Shown in pieces: positions 1-12,841 of a stretch of 64,000 nt of DNA (position 1 is its first letter; each line of letters begins with the position of its first letter). The position numbers and the translations under genes are program-made. Under the pieces are notes generated by a model that was not told the DNA's origin, made no database searches, and saw only the letters and a program-made list of their open reading frames with translations. Source of the stretch: Octopus sinensis (taxonomy: Eukaryota). The stretch spans positions 87,234,001 through 87,298,000 of the forward strand of contig NC_043002.1 of assembly GCF_006345805.1 (NCBI RefSeq). The letters are read 5' to 3'.

Positions 1-519
1 TAACTATCTCTTAATTCTATTCTTCCAGCTTCAACTAACTCTTGTCACCGTTCGCGCATTCAGTAGATAAAGCCGTTGCCTAATCTAACGTATAAATCTG
101 CATTTATATGAAATTATATTTCGGTGAAAGAAATTTTAACTGAAGTTTCTTGATAAGCAATAAAAATAAATCTTAATTGAATAATGAATAAACATTCAGA
201 TGAATATCTCTTTTCTTTAAATATCATATAGGAGCAGAACACCATCAATTTCTGTGATAAGTTGACGTGTCACTTTTGGAATAATCTGGAAGTATATAAT
301 TAACGAGGTGAGCAGGTAGGAGCGTTAGAGAAAAAATGCTTGGCAGTCTTGTTCTGGATCCTAACTTTCTGATTTCAAATCCTGATAACGTTGCCTTTCA
401 TCTCTCTGGGGATGACAAAGTAAACTACCAACCAAGTACTGGGGTCGATGATACCGACTAACCCCTCCTCTCAAAATTGCTATCCTTGTTCCTAAATGAG
501 AAATTCCTATTTTTAGTAA

Positions 520-975
520 CCTTATTTTGATTGAATGCTTTCACTGCTCTGATGCCTTGGTCATGCGTAGGGTTTCGTTTTTGATTGAGTTTTCTTTCGT
601 ATCGTAGGTTCCCTAAGTAAAATGTACGTAGTGCTTACTAGTGCTACGTCATGTATGCTGAGTATATGCGTAAGTCATGAGAATTTCATTATGTATTCTT
701 TGGCGTTTTTGTTAATCATTCCTAATGCACCACCTCTTATTAAACGGAATGTTTCTGTTTTCATTTCATCGTTATCTCTATTTCCAGATTTTTATATCTA
801 AAGAACTCCTCAATTTCTTTTTGAGTTTAGAAACACATTTTTGTCTTTGGATCAAAAAACATTTTCTTTCCTAGTTCTTGAAAATAATATCCAGTCGATT
901 AACCTTGATCTAGCTGTCTGTATATTCTGGAATATACCACAGGATGATCACATTGTCAACTGAGATACTTTTTCA
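520..975 (-). mobile_element. Decayed 3' end of an RLE-type non-LTR retrotransposon (R4/Dong/NeSL-like)
   Basis: Minus strand translates, with stops and frameshifts, to VDNVIILWYIPEYTD..IKVNRLDIIF..KNLEIEI..GGALG. This matches the ILWD..RPD..LEIE..GALG endonuclease domain also seen at 59054. Confidence 0.72.
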
Positions 976-1751
976 ATTGCTATCTAAATATGCTTTAAAA
1001 CACAAATATTATATATTTCTTCAGCTATGTATTTCCTTTTAGATAATACACATAGAACATGAAAACTAATCTACCCTAACCATATAATGTGGCATATTCA
1101 TTTTAATTTGATTTAATTACTTGAAGCAATGATGAGCAAAATTATTATAAAATTGATTAAAATGCCTTGTGGCGATTAGTTACGCCCCTTTAAGTCCTGA
1201 GTTCAAAATCCCACTGAAATCAAATTTGTCTTTCACCTCTCTGTGTTCGGTAAAATATCGTAGCAGTCAAGTATAGGGATGAATATGAGTGGCTCTATGC
1301 AAATATTATTAATCGTTATTACATCTTAATGCTAAAGAATGTTTAATTTATTGAATTTATAAAGACGAAATGATGCTTAGAGGTGAAAAATTTAAGAAAC
1401 ATTGTTATAAGTACATTTTTACAACTTAGCAGCATAACATGAAGATCTTTGGAAAAATTCCAGTCAAATGAATCTTTTTTAATGATCTCTCGGGTATGAA
1501 GAAAGATTTTATGAACGAGAGGTACTACCTAATTCAGAGACAATTCTAGCCGTGTAGGCTGGTAGTTCCCAAATTATTTTGTCGTGGAACGTTAAACATT
1601 TTCGCCATAAGTCTTGGAAATCATATCTATATTTTACAGACAACTACGCCTCCAATTTTCGCAAGACATTAAATGAAACAAAAATTGTTTTAGAGAGAGA
1701 ATTCATTAATAAAAAGACAATTTCATGCAATAACTTCGTATTGAGCTGTCA

Positions 1752-1915
1752 GTTCCGATATTATTGACGTGATTAGAATTTTGCAAGAAAGAATCGCAAA
1801 ACGGATTCTTCAAGCCGAGTCAACCGGTAGGAGACCTAGAGATAGATCAAGAAAAAGATGGTTGGATGATATACATGGTCTGAGTGGGTCATGTTTCGGA
1901 ATGTCTAATAACAGC
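1752..1915 (+). mobile_element. RTE-clade LINE C-terminal relic
   Basis: FRYY*..VIRILQERIAKRILQAESTGRRPRDRSRKRWLDDI matches the RTE tail pattern LRW.GHV.R...G.R.RGRP+KRW.D. Confidence 0.7.
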
Positions 1916-3421
1916 TGATTCTAATAACACCCTATAAAGGAGGTACCTGAGAACTTTACCCATACGACCCTTTAAAGAATAATGAGCAGAGAAAATGGAT
2001 GGATGGAATAACTTATTACTTCAAAGATGGTAGATACCAATTCTTCTTAATAAATAATTTGCCTTAAATTTTTATAGTAAATGACACCATATTTAACAGG
2101 ACACCAGAATTTATTCACAGAACCCAGGGCTCCTATAGATGGTCACGATGGTATAGGAATAAAACAGGGACATAAAAAACAGTTAAACGATTTTATTATA
2201 GGGATGATGATGTACAGTATTGTTAACTATAAGTTTATTCTTAAAGATAATAGTTAATTGTTAGTTAATGGAATAGTAAAAGATACTTAAATCGAAGATA
2301 ACTCACAATCAAGCGCCGTGTGTAACTTTAAAATATTAACCAAGGTAAAAAAGGGAGGATCCTAGGTCATTGCTCGACCAACTAGAAATGTCAGCCAAGT
2401 CCCTGTTCCATATCACACATCCGACTGTAATGTAATTCTAAGTGCACTATAACTTGAACAAAGACGAGGTGATTACAAGCTTAACGTCTTTGATCATAGG
2501 TCTGCTTAATCAAGGCTGATCTGAGGTTAAACAAACCACCACCACCACCACCAGTAACAGCAACATCGTTACCATTATCAGAAACAGCGAAAACAAGAAC
2601 AAATTCAGAATACCAAAAAAGGAAAAGAATCAAAGAACAAACGACAAAAAAGAAAAGAAAAATCCCTCCCCCAACAAAAACAAACAAAAAAAATCTAACC
2701 AATTATTATCCCATTCGGCCATATTTCACCCTTGTATTTGAAGTAAATAAAGGCCATCATGAAATGACATAGTTGCATTTTTGCTATGTTCAAGTTAATT
2801 CGCTACAGTTAAAAATCCAGAGATGGTTAGATGGTTGGCAGAAACGTTAGTGGACCTGATAAAATTCGTTTTTGCGTTTAGATAACTCAATCTGAGCTCA
2901 AATTCTCATCCGTGTAGACTTTGCTTATTTTTTTCCGGGATCGATGGAATAAGTACTTTAATCAATTACCAAATTCGATTTGATAAATTAAACACACCTC
3001 TTAAATGTGAAGCTTATGTTAGAAAGTAATACAAATTGAGGTACAATTAATTTTAGCAGATAGATGAGTATTGTGCAATAATCGAAATGGAATGAAAGTG
3101 TCAGGGTACAGACTTTGACAATCAGTATATAAGCGCATAATCAAAAGAGAGATAATAACTTGTGACAATACAGAAGAACATCTATTTTAAGACAATATGA
3201 TTATATCTTGAAAATATTACAAGATGTGATAGAAAATCATCTCAAAACAAGGAAAGAGACGGCGCATAACCAAGTGGTTAAAGTTTGGGGCTCATGATCA
3301 TCGAGTCAAAGGTACGATTTTCGGATCAGACAGCCTGTCGTGTCCTTTAATAAAGTACTCCAACCCCATGTTTCCAATACACTCAGATGAAAACGAGTAC
3401 AAGTAGTGGAACTTGCAATTT

Positions 3422-3640
3422 AACTCTTCTTCTTCTTCTTCTTCTTCTTCTTCTTCTTCTTCTTCCAGCATTCACCCGGGGTGGGTTGAGCTGGCTTCAT
3501 TCATCCTCAATGCTGCATCTCTCACAAACGCCAACCAGGCCTGGCGATTTGAGGCTAACGACCGCGTGATCTCCAACCACTCCTTATTCCAGCGGCGAAC
3601 GCCGTAGATTTGGGTTTCAGATCAGCCTTGACAACGAAAA
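3422..3640 (-). mobile_element. 5'-truncated RTE-like LINE 3' end with (GAA)n tail
   Basis: Minus strand gives VKADL.P / IYGVRRWNKEWLEITRSLASNRQAWLAFVRD...PG*, followed immediately by the (GAA)n run seen as (TCT)n on +. Confidence 0.72.
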
Positions 3641-4239
3641 ACCTGGTGGACAACGAAAAATCTGGCTGATGACAGTCAATTCAACTCTGCGACACACCAG
3701 CATGACATTCAATTTTGAGGAGCGGGAGTTTTCTATTTTCAGCCTAAACATATCACATATTCGGACGAACTTCGTTCCCATGAATTTGTGCACTTAAGGC
3801 AGACTATTTGAAACGAATTTCACGTTTAACGATTACCTGATGTTCAGAATTCATTATGTATTCTCTTCATGATGTTTCTCTGTGTTAAATAGAAACGCAC
3901 GAAATTCACAAAGCATATCTTAATTCTATAAAACAGTGGTTAGTTGATCCGATCAGTCTTTTGTCTTATTCATCTAACCCAGCCTTTCCGCTGTCCAATG
4001 CTTCGTGTATTTTAGTGTTCGCATCCGTTTGATTTTCAGACCTGAAGGATTAGAATTGTTCGTTAATAGATAAATCTTATTATATACGGAAATATAAAGT
4101 AGTTGATGAAGAATGCATTACATTTAAAATAACGATGAATCTATTACAACAGGTGTTGAATAGCTTTGGAATAAGATCTAAACGAAACTTGTATTTCAAG
4201 CTGTGTATACCTACTTCAAGTGTTTGTTTTACAGATAAA

Positions 4240-4280
4240 TAGTGGAAGAGAAAGAGGGAGATAGGTGGAGAAAGGGGAGT

Positions 4281-4311
<31 letters not shown>

Positions 4312-4612
4312 AGAGGAAGAAGCGGAGAGAGAGGAAGAGGGTGAGAGCGGGAGAGAGAAATACAGAGACAGAGGTAGCAATGAGAGACAAATGGAGAGAG
4401 AAAGAGGTGGAGAAAGCGCGATAAAGGGAGAAAAGGGAGATGGAGAAAAGGGAGAGAGAGAGAGAGAGAAAGGGGGAAAGGCGAGGAGAGGGAGGAGGGG
4501 AGGAAAGAAGGGAGGCAAAACAGAAGAACGAAATAAAGGAAAATAAAGAAAGGGACAGAAGGAGAATGAGATAGAGAAATAAAGAAAGGGAGTGAAAGGG
4601 GGAGAGAAAGGA
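4240..4612. repeat. GA-rich purine low-complexity tract
   Basis: (GA)n and GGAGAG-type runs. Confidence 0.9.
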
Positions 4613-4772
4613 GTGCGGGGATAGGGGGATCTATTCTTCTGCCTTTTTTATGTATGCAGCTATTATATCAGACGTTGGTCTCCAAGTTCATTAACACATA
4701 AAACAAAACAAATACACACTTATAACACGGGTACGTACGTACACATACATGCACAACAGGTTCGCACATACA

Positions 4773-4972
4773 CGAAGGAGTGCTGAAAAGTGCTTTGCTT
4801 TGGATAAAAAAATACAGGAGGATAAATTCAATATAATTTTATTCAATATATTCCCCTCTCAAAATCACACACTTATTGCAGCGGTCCTTCAATTTTTCAA
4901 TGTCCTGTAAAAGAACTCCGAAGGTTGGGCGTCCAACCAAGTCTTTCGGGACACCCTTAAAGCCACTCCCTC

Positions 4973-4973
<1 letters not shown>
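4773..4973. mobile_element. Mariner-derived internally deleted element
   Basis: Left end CGAAGGAGTGCTGAAAAGT..GCTTT. Right end AAAGCCACTCCCTCG followed by TA, a partial reverse complement. TACGAGG-type mariner terminus. Confidence 0.6.
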
Positions 4974-5059
<86 letters not shown>

Positions 5060-5061
5060 CA

Positions 5062-5468
5062 AGCGCAGAAGTGACTGTGTGGTAAGTAGCTTGCTTACCA
5101 ACCATATTGTTCCGGGTTCAGTCCCACTGCGTGGCACCTTGGGCAAGTGTCTTCTACTATAGCCTCGGGCCGACCAATGTCTCGTGAGTGGATTTGGTTG
5201 ACAGAAACTGAGAGAAGCCCGTCGTGTATTTGTATATATATAAATATGTACGTGTGTGTATATATTTGTGTATCTATGTTTGTCCCCCTCAATATCGCTT
5301 GACAACCGATGCTGATGTGTTTACGTCTCCGTACCTTAACGGTTCGGCAAAACAAACCGATAGAATAAGTACCAGGCTTAAAAAGAATAAGTCCTGGGGT
5401 CGATTTGCTCGACTAAAGGCGGTACTCCAGCATGGCCACAGTCAAATGACTGAAACAAGTAAAAGAGT
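5062..5468 (+). mobile_element. tRNA-derived SINE family A, full bipartite copy
   Basis: Head with B-box-like GGTTCAGTCCC and CCTTGGGCAAG, internal (TA)/(GT) microsatellite, tail ending TGACTGAAACAAGTAAAAGAG. Many copies in the window. Confidence 0.85.
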
Positions 5469-5922
5469 ATACACACACATATATATTCTGAGTATATTGG
5501 AGTATTCCAGCGGATCATAATGTAATCCTTGTATTATCCTTTTCTACACCCTGATGACTTTCCACCCAAGGTATTTTAAAATGCAAGATTATATATTTAT
5601 ATATGTTTTGTAGTTTTAACTTTGGTTGAGAAATGAAACAGTTGTAAGTGAAGAACACTGGTAATAATAATTTATTTTTTATTACCCTATTTACTATGTT
5701 TATATATACATGTATATATATATAAATTATATATATAATTTCTATATATAAATTATATATATATAAATTATGTATATATAATGTCTATATATAAATTATA
5801 TATATATATAAATTAAATTAGAGATAAATTTTTAATTTACATTTATACTGTGAAATTTGATTTAATCCTAAATCTAGTGTCCCTGTAAGTTTGGATATAC
5901 TCCCTAATATTATATATATATA

Positions 5923-6773
5923 CTAGCAGAATTGCCCGGCGTTGCTCGGGGCTGAATTGCTTGAAAGTACTGTTAATGATTGCACTGAATTATGATGATT
6001 ATTCAGGCAAATATTGATATAAGTTTACGGTGGGAGATAAGGACTTAACGATCAAACGTGTGCCATTGCATTGTTTTGGGGGAACCAAATATCTGATGAG
6101 CATTATAGGGGCACCAACTTTAAGTTTGAGAAAGTGTGGTGGTAGTCCGGGGTGCTCAAAGGAATTGAGTACCTCTATTGGATAATTGATGACGTCCTCT
6201 AGGTCAGGAGTTGTATCGATAGACTGATATACATAGACTTCCCCAGGAATGAGTTTTAGCATTTCATCATTAATATGGTGAACAGTTTTATTCCTCGGGG
6301 CCAGAATAGCCCTTTGGCCAATCCAATCCAATCCATATTCTGATAATTAGCTTGTAGATCTGGGAACACTGCATCTCTGAGATCAGAAGGCGTCTAAACA
6401 AAGGTACAAATGGAATCGATGGCAATATTACCAGTTTCATCCCCTGGTATTCTGCCTTCGCCAAGTGCAAGGAGGGTGTGAGGAAATGCTGCTGATGTGA
6501 TATTACGTTGCATATGAGTACGCATATTGGTGTGAAGTTTGAGAGTTACTTCCCTTTATTAAAAAAATATGCATTAAAATGGAAAAAAATTATGGTAAAT
6601 TATTTGTAAAATCGTAGACTCATCGTAGACGCGCGCTAATACCCAGAAGGGCTCGATATGAATCACGACTATAAGATACCCGGTTTTGGTTAAACTGCAT
6701 CGCAAAATGTGGGAGTAGTTAGGAATCTAAATCGGAGTAGACAGACACACAACCTTTCTTTTATATATAAAGA
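5923..6773 (-). mobile_element. Complete non-autonomous Helitron carrying a RepHel helicase fragment
   Basis: Minus strand: A|TCTTTATATATAAAAG 5' end at 6773; 3' end CCCGAGCAACGCCGGG hairpin plus CTAG|T at 5923; inserted between A and T. Confidence 0.88.
5999..6331 (-). pseudogene. Pif1-like helicase fragment (Helitron RepHel C-terminal region)
   Basis: RAILAPRNKTVHHIN..PGE..YQSID..NYPIEVLNSFEHPGLPPHFLKLKVGAPIMLIR.L.PPKQCNGTRL. Confidence 0.9.
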
Positions 6774-7130
6774 TTTTCGTCCTAAAAAACTTTGTATGGA
6801 TTGAATGGTTACCTCTATGGAAATATATACACGCACATTATACATACATGTGTGTATAGATGAATATATAAATACACTTAAATATCTATATACACTTTTG
6901 GGCGATCTTTCTTTTTCTTAGAGATAACTTTAGATCTTATTTTCGTCCTAAAAAACTTTGTGCGGAGTGAATGGTTACGTCTATGGAAATATATACACAC
7001 ACATTATACATACATCTGTGTATAGATGAATATATAAATGCATTTAAATATCTATATACACTTTTGGGCGATGTTTCTGCTACTTGGATATACTTTAGAT
7101 CTTATATTCGTCCTAAAAAACTTTGTATGA
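6774..7130. repeat. ~166-bp tandem repeat, about 2.2 copies
   Basis: CGTCCTAAAAAACTTTGT recurs at 6778, 6944 and 7109, and the intervening sequence is conserved. Confidence 0.92.
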
Positions 7131-7929
7131 ATTGAAAAATAAAATGAATTGAAATTTTTAAGAAAGGAATTTGTTTACATACATGTGTGAAATGGCAAAT
7201 ATTTGTGCAGTTGTCCGAAATGGAACCAGGGTAAATATGTGGAACTGATGTATAATAATGAATAGGCCTTCTTGTTGTGAATATTAATTTGATGAATATG
7301 AACTGAAAACCAGTGGTGTAGCAAAAAGGATGACCAGTCTGACTGGCTCATCCCTGTCACACACACGCACACACACACACACACACGCACCCTCACACAC
7401 ACACACACGCACACACACACACACTCACACACACGCACACACACACACACACACGTTAGCTTACAATTTTATTTATATATTTGCGTGTCTATGTGTGTAA
7501 AGAGGAAGTGGGAGTAATATGCAGAGTAAAGGCTTTGAAGTGAAATGGTAGTTTTCTCGAATTTTTTCTAAAATGGGGGTGAAATTGAAAGAAATTTTGT
7601 ATGTCATGACCGAATGGAAGTACTTTGAAAAATCATAAGTAAACTCTAATTGAAGAAATTGTGTGAGGAGTAAATCGTTATGTATTTATTTGTTTCTGTT
7701 TGCTGTGTTTTTTTTTGAGTAGTGGTTTAAGGTACACTTGCAAAGAGAAAGTATGAGAAATTATGGTGATAGCATGAGTGATCCGTTTTATATAAATACT
7801 TTCACTTTAATCGTTGCACACTTGCAAAGAGAAAGGAGGAGAAATTAGGGTGATAGCGTGAGTAAAGCAGATCTCTCCGTTTTTGTGTGTGTGTGCGTGT
7901 GTGTGCTGTAGCCCACACTAAGAAAAGCA

Positions 7930-8128
7930 CTTCACTTACACACCACAATGTGAGTTTTCTCGAAATTTTGCTTAATTGGGGTTGAAATTTGAAAAACTGG
8001 ACCTGGCACGACCCGATGTATTCTACTCTTAAAAATGCTAGGTAAATTGTAATTGAAGAAATCCTATATTTTAGATTTCTATAAGAGACAAATGGAGGCA
8101 GATAAAATCTGCCTTTTATAATAAGAGA
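7930..8128 (-). mobile_element. Helitron-like 5' terminus of a second family
   Basis: Minus strand A|TCTCTTATTATAAAAGGCAGAT with subterminal hairpin GGCAGAT-AAA-ATCTGCC. No own 3' end found. Confidence 0.5.
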
Positions 8129-8155
8129 TATATATGTATATATATATATATACAT

Positions 8156-8251
<96 letters not shown>

Positions 8252-8276
8252 ATGTATATTTATATATGTATACACA

Positions 8277-8721
8277 CCAAGGAAAAGAATGACAATAATT
8301 CTTGTTCTAGTTTTAGCGTGTAGCAGCTATGGTCTTCAATATGGAAAGACTGCGAACAGTCCAGTAAACATCTTAAAAGTTGCTAAAAAGTTTTACACTA
8401 TCACTGAACTGATAACGTAATCTGCTTATAAGGTTTTCTTTATATAAGATTATTTTTCATTATTAATGAGATACTTGTAAGATGTAAATTATGAACAAAA
8501 TCTGCTTTGTTTTGCTCTATCTATAAGTATTCTGTTATCTTTCTAATTGTGGAGACCAAGCAAGACAAACTTGTAATACTTGCTCTTGTCTTTGGTTTTA
8601 TGAGAAAGAGCATGGATTTCTAAATATTAGTTGTTTGTCATGCAATTTCAGCCTAAATCGCACCGCATAATTGCACATACATATACATATATGCACACAT
8701 ACATACATGCATATGCATTTA

Positions 8722-8777
<56 letters not shown>

Positions 8778-9000
8778 GGCGCAGGAGTGGCTGTGTGGTA
8801 AGTACCAACCACATGGTTCCGGGTTCAGTCCCACTGCGTGGCACAAGTGTCTTCTACTATAGCCTCGGGCCGACCAAAGTCTTGTGAGTGGATTTGGTAG
8901 ACGGAAACTGAAAGAAGCCTGTCGTGTATATGTATATATATATATATATGTGTGTGTCTGTGTCTGTGTTTGTCCTCCAACATCGCTTGACAACCGATGC
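8277..9000 (+). repeat. Segmental duplicate, copy 1 (copy 2 at 10615-11470)
   Basis: About 400 bp of unique sequence plus microsatellite plus SINE-A in the same position. Copy 1 lacks ~80 bp near its start. Confidence 0.92.
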
Positions 9001-9002
9001 TT

Positions 9003-9052
<50 letters not shown>

Positions 9053-9146
9053 TTGTAAAGATGAGAGATTTGTGTTGATCTAATGTAGATACGTATCTCA
9101 GTATCGTTGAAGATTATACTTAACAACGCCGGGTCATAGTGCTAGT

Positions 9147-9470
9147 CTATGCATATACAGCTGCGTGCGTGTGCACATACACGCGAGTATTGTCCAAATC
9201 TCCGACCAATCACATACAGCTAGCTGGCTTTCAATTGGCATATCAAGTTTTGGGCATTTTAATTGGGTTTTGGATAGAAAATTCACAAAAAAGTCACTTC
9301 TATTAACTTTCTAATGGCTTTGTGGGGTGACTGGGGAAATGTAAAGATGTGCACGACCACCCTTGGACGGTTTTGAATGACCATAAAAAGTGCGAGCCCT
9401 TTAACTGAAAAATTGTGGATTTGTATAAAAGACACACACGCCGACATTTTGCCGTTTATATATAGAGAGA
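9147..9470 (-). mobile_element. Helitron 5' portion, abutting a tiny + strand Helitron 3' remnant (CAACGCCGGG..CTAG|T, 9124-9145)
   Basis: Minus strand A|TCTCTCTATATATAAACGGCAAAATG start. Confidence 0.6.
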
Positions 9471-9500
9471 TGATAACAATACATCATTCTAACAGTAAAT

Positions 9501-10232
<732 letters not shown>

Positions 10233-10234
<2 letters not shown>

Positions 10235-10575
10235 AGGCGCAATGGCCCAGTGGCTAGGGCAGCGGACTCGCGGTCGTAGGATCGCGGTTTCGATTCCCAG
10301 ACCGGGCGTTGTGAGTGTTTATTGAGCGAAAACACCTAAAGCTCCACGATGCTCCACAACTTTCTCTCACTCTTACTTCTTGTTTGTTTCTGTTGTACCT
10401 GTATTTCAAAGGGCCAGCCTTGTCACTCTCTGTGTCACGCTGAATATCCCCGAGAACTACGTTAAGGGTACACGTGTCTGTGGAGTGCTCAGCCACTTAC
10501 ACGTTAATTTCACGAGCAGGCTGTTCCGTTGATCGGATCAACCGGAACCCTCGTCGTCGTAACCGACGGAGAGCT
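10233..10575 (+). mobile_element. tRNA-derived SINE family C
   Basis: A-box TGGCCCAGTGG and B-box GTTTCGATTCC. Head shared with the element at 43824. Confidence 0.82.
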
Positions 10576-10614
10576 TCCCCTCCTATATATACATATATAT
10601 ATATATATACGTTT

Positions 10615-11174
10615 CCAAGGAAAAGAATGACAATAACTTCGAAGATTTGCTATGCGATGGATTCTTCAGATGGTCGCAATGACGACAGAATTTCCGTATA
10701 CTACCTGTTTATGAAAATTCTTGTTCTAGTGTTAGCGTATAGCAGCTATGGTTTTCACTATGGAAAGACTGTGAACAGTCCAGTAAGAATCTTAAAAGTT
10801 GTTAAAAAGTTTTACAGTATCACTGAACTGATAACGTAATCTGCTTATAAGGTTTTCTTTATATAAGATTATTTTTCATTATTAATGAGATACTTGTAAG
10901 ATGTAAATTATGAACAAAATCTGCTTTGTTTTGCTTTATCTATATATATTCTGTTATCTTTCTAACTGTGGATACCAAGCAAGGCAAACTTGTAATACTT
11001 GCTCTTGTCTTTGGTTTTATGAGAAAGAGCATGGATTTCTAAATATTAGTTGTTTGTCATGCAATTTCAGCCTAAATGGCACTGCACAATTGCACATACA
11101 TATATGTATATACATATACATATATGCACACATACATACATGTACATGCATTTATGCACATATATATATATATC

Positions 11175-11242
<68 letters not shown>

Positions 11243-11470
11243 CGCAGGAGTGGCTGTGTGGTAAGTAGCTTGCTTACCAACCACATGGTTCCGGGTTCAG
11301 TCCCGCTCCGTGGCACTTTGGGCAAGTGTTCTTCTACTATAGACTCGGGCCGACCTAGCCTTGTGAGTGGATTTGGTATACGGAAACTGAAAGAAGCCTG
11401 TCGTGTATATGTATATATATATATGTGTGTGTCTGTGTCTGTGTTTGTCCTCCCAACATCGCTTGACAAC
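10615..11470 (+). repeat. Segmental duplicate, copy 2
   Basis: Colinear with 8277-9000. Confidence 0.92.
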
Positions 11471-11634
11471 CGATGCTGGTGTGTTCATATCCCCGCAACT
11501 TAGCAGTTCGGCAAAAGAGACCGATAGAATAAGTACAAGGCTTACAAAGTCCTGGGGTCGATTTGCTCGACTAAAGGTGGGTGCTCCAGCATGGCCGCAG
11601 TCAAATGACTGAAACAGGTAAAAGAGTAAAGAGT
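11241..11634 (+). mobile_element. SINE family A, full copy
   Basis: GGCGCAGGAGTGGCTGTGTGGTAAG head, internal microsatellite, tail ending GTAAAAGAGTAAAGAG. Confidence 0.88.
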
Positions 11635-12088
11635 ATACATGTATAAATGTATAACTGTACACACTGACTTTTCAGAATACGTTTGTTATCGTTAAACTGA
11701 TTGGTCCTGATCTCGGTTCTGTTTATGGCTGACGCTATTGGCCGAATATACAGGCACTGGTGTAGCAGATATTTTAAATTTAGTCTCCTTGGTGGACCTA
11801 GCTGCCGAGGACCATTTTTTATGCTAATAAACGTATACTGTAAAGTCCCAAACGTGAGTCCTAGGTTGTTCATTTCTCTGGCGGTATACCTTGAGTTAAG
11901 ACGAAAGTTTTTTATATTCGCCGCCCGCACACATCTTTGCCTCTACACATCCAGTGAAACTTTACCTAGCATCGAACGATTATCGACTACTATTTCCAGA
12001 AAAAATTGGTATCTTTTGTGTGCCACTACTTCCTATTTATAAATCTACCTTTACGGTGCTTTATTCCGCTAGAGAATAATATTGTAGT

Positions 12089-12121
<33 letters not shown>

Positions 12122-12224
12122 TAATAATAATAATAATAATGATAATAATAATATAATAATAATAATAATAATAATAATATAATAATAATAATAATAATAT
12201 AATAATAATAATATAATAATAATA

Positions 12225-12783
12225 AATGCCCTGATGCAGTACCAGGCAGTGGTTCTCATGGCTTCTCATCTTAACTGATTGGAAGTGTTATCATGTACAT
12301 TGTTTTGTCTTGGTATAAAAGATGGGCTACAGCAAATATTCTGCTCAATACCACAGATTTGCTTGTTAGTTGTTTGACCGTAACCAATTGAGCATGTCCC
12401 TTAGTGGCTGACGATATGTGCATCTCTGATCACGAGCAGAAGTAGTGGGGGAGTATCATAGCCATGTGTTGAGAGGGATTCTTTGGGGTTTGAATAATTC
12501 ACCTCTGGAAACATGGGTGTTTCATTCAACGTCCTTAAACAATCCTTATTCAGGGACCTTTTGAGCGGATGGGTTACTCGACCAGAAGAAAAAAATTCTA
12601 ACTGGGCCCCACCTGCAAGGTCCTGTGCTGTTTATCTTGATATGAGATTACCATGTCGCGCACATATGGTTGTGGTGCATGTGCCTAGTGTACCCTTATC
12701 AGACGGGTAGTCATGATGGGTATACTGGGCTTCGTATATTTTACCCCAGTGTCACTTAGATGGCATGCGCTGCTCTCTCACTC
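12225..12783 (+). mobile_element. Non-coding interspersed element flanked by (AAT)n on both sides
   Basis: Same sequence at 27172-27586 (-) and 59268-59550 (+). All copies end ...CTCTCACTC-AATAAT. Confidence 0.85.
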
Positions 12784-12805
12784 AATAATAATAATAATAA
12801 TAATA

Positions 12806-12841
<36 letters not shown>

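Noticed and set aside
3629-3666. Two 19-bp tandem units GACAACGAAAAA.CTGG
   Set aside because: Two copies only, at a LINE truncation junction; no further structure.
6774-7130. Direct repeats with regular spacing as a possible CRISPR array
   Set aside because: The intervening sequence is also repeated; eukaryotic context with no cas genes.
10233-10310. tRNA-like sequences here and at 43824
   Set aside because: A/B boxes are present, but they are SINE heads without a proper acceptor stem or anticodon arm.
11640-12085. Overlapping 109- and 113-aa ORFs in non-repetitive-looking DNA
   Set aside because: No recognisable motif in any frame I translated.
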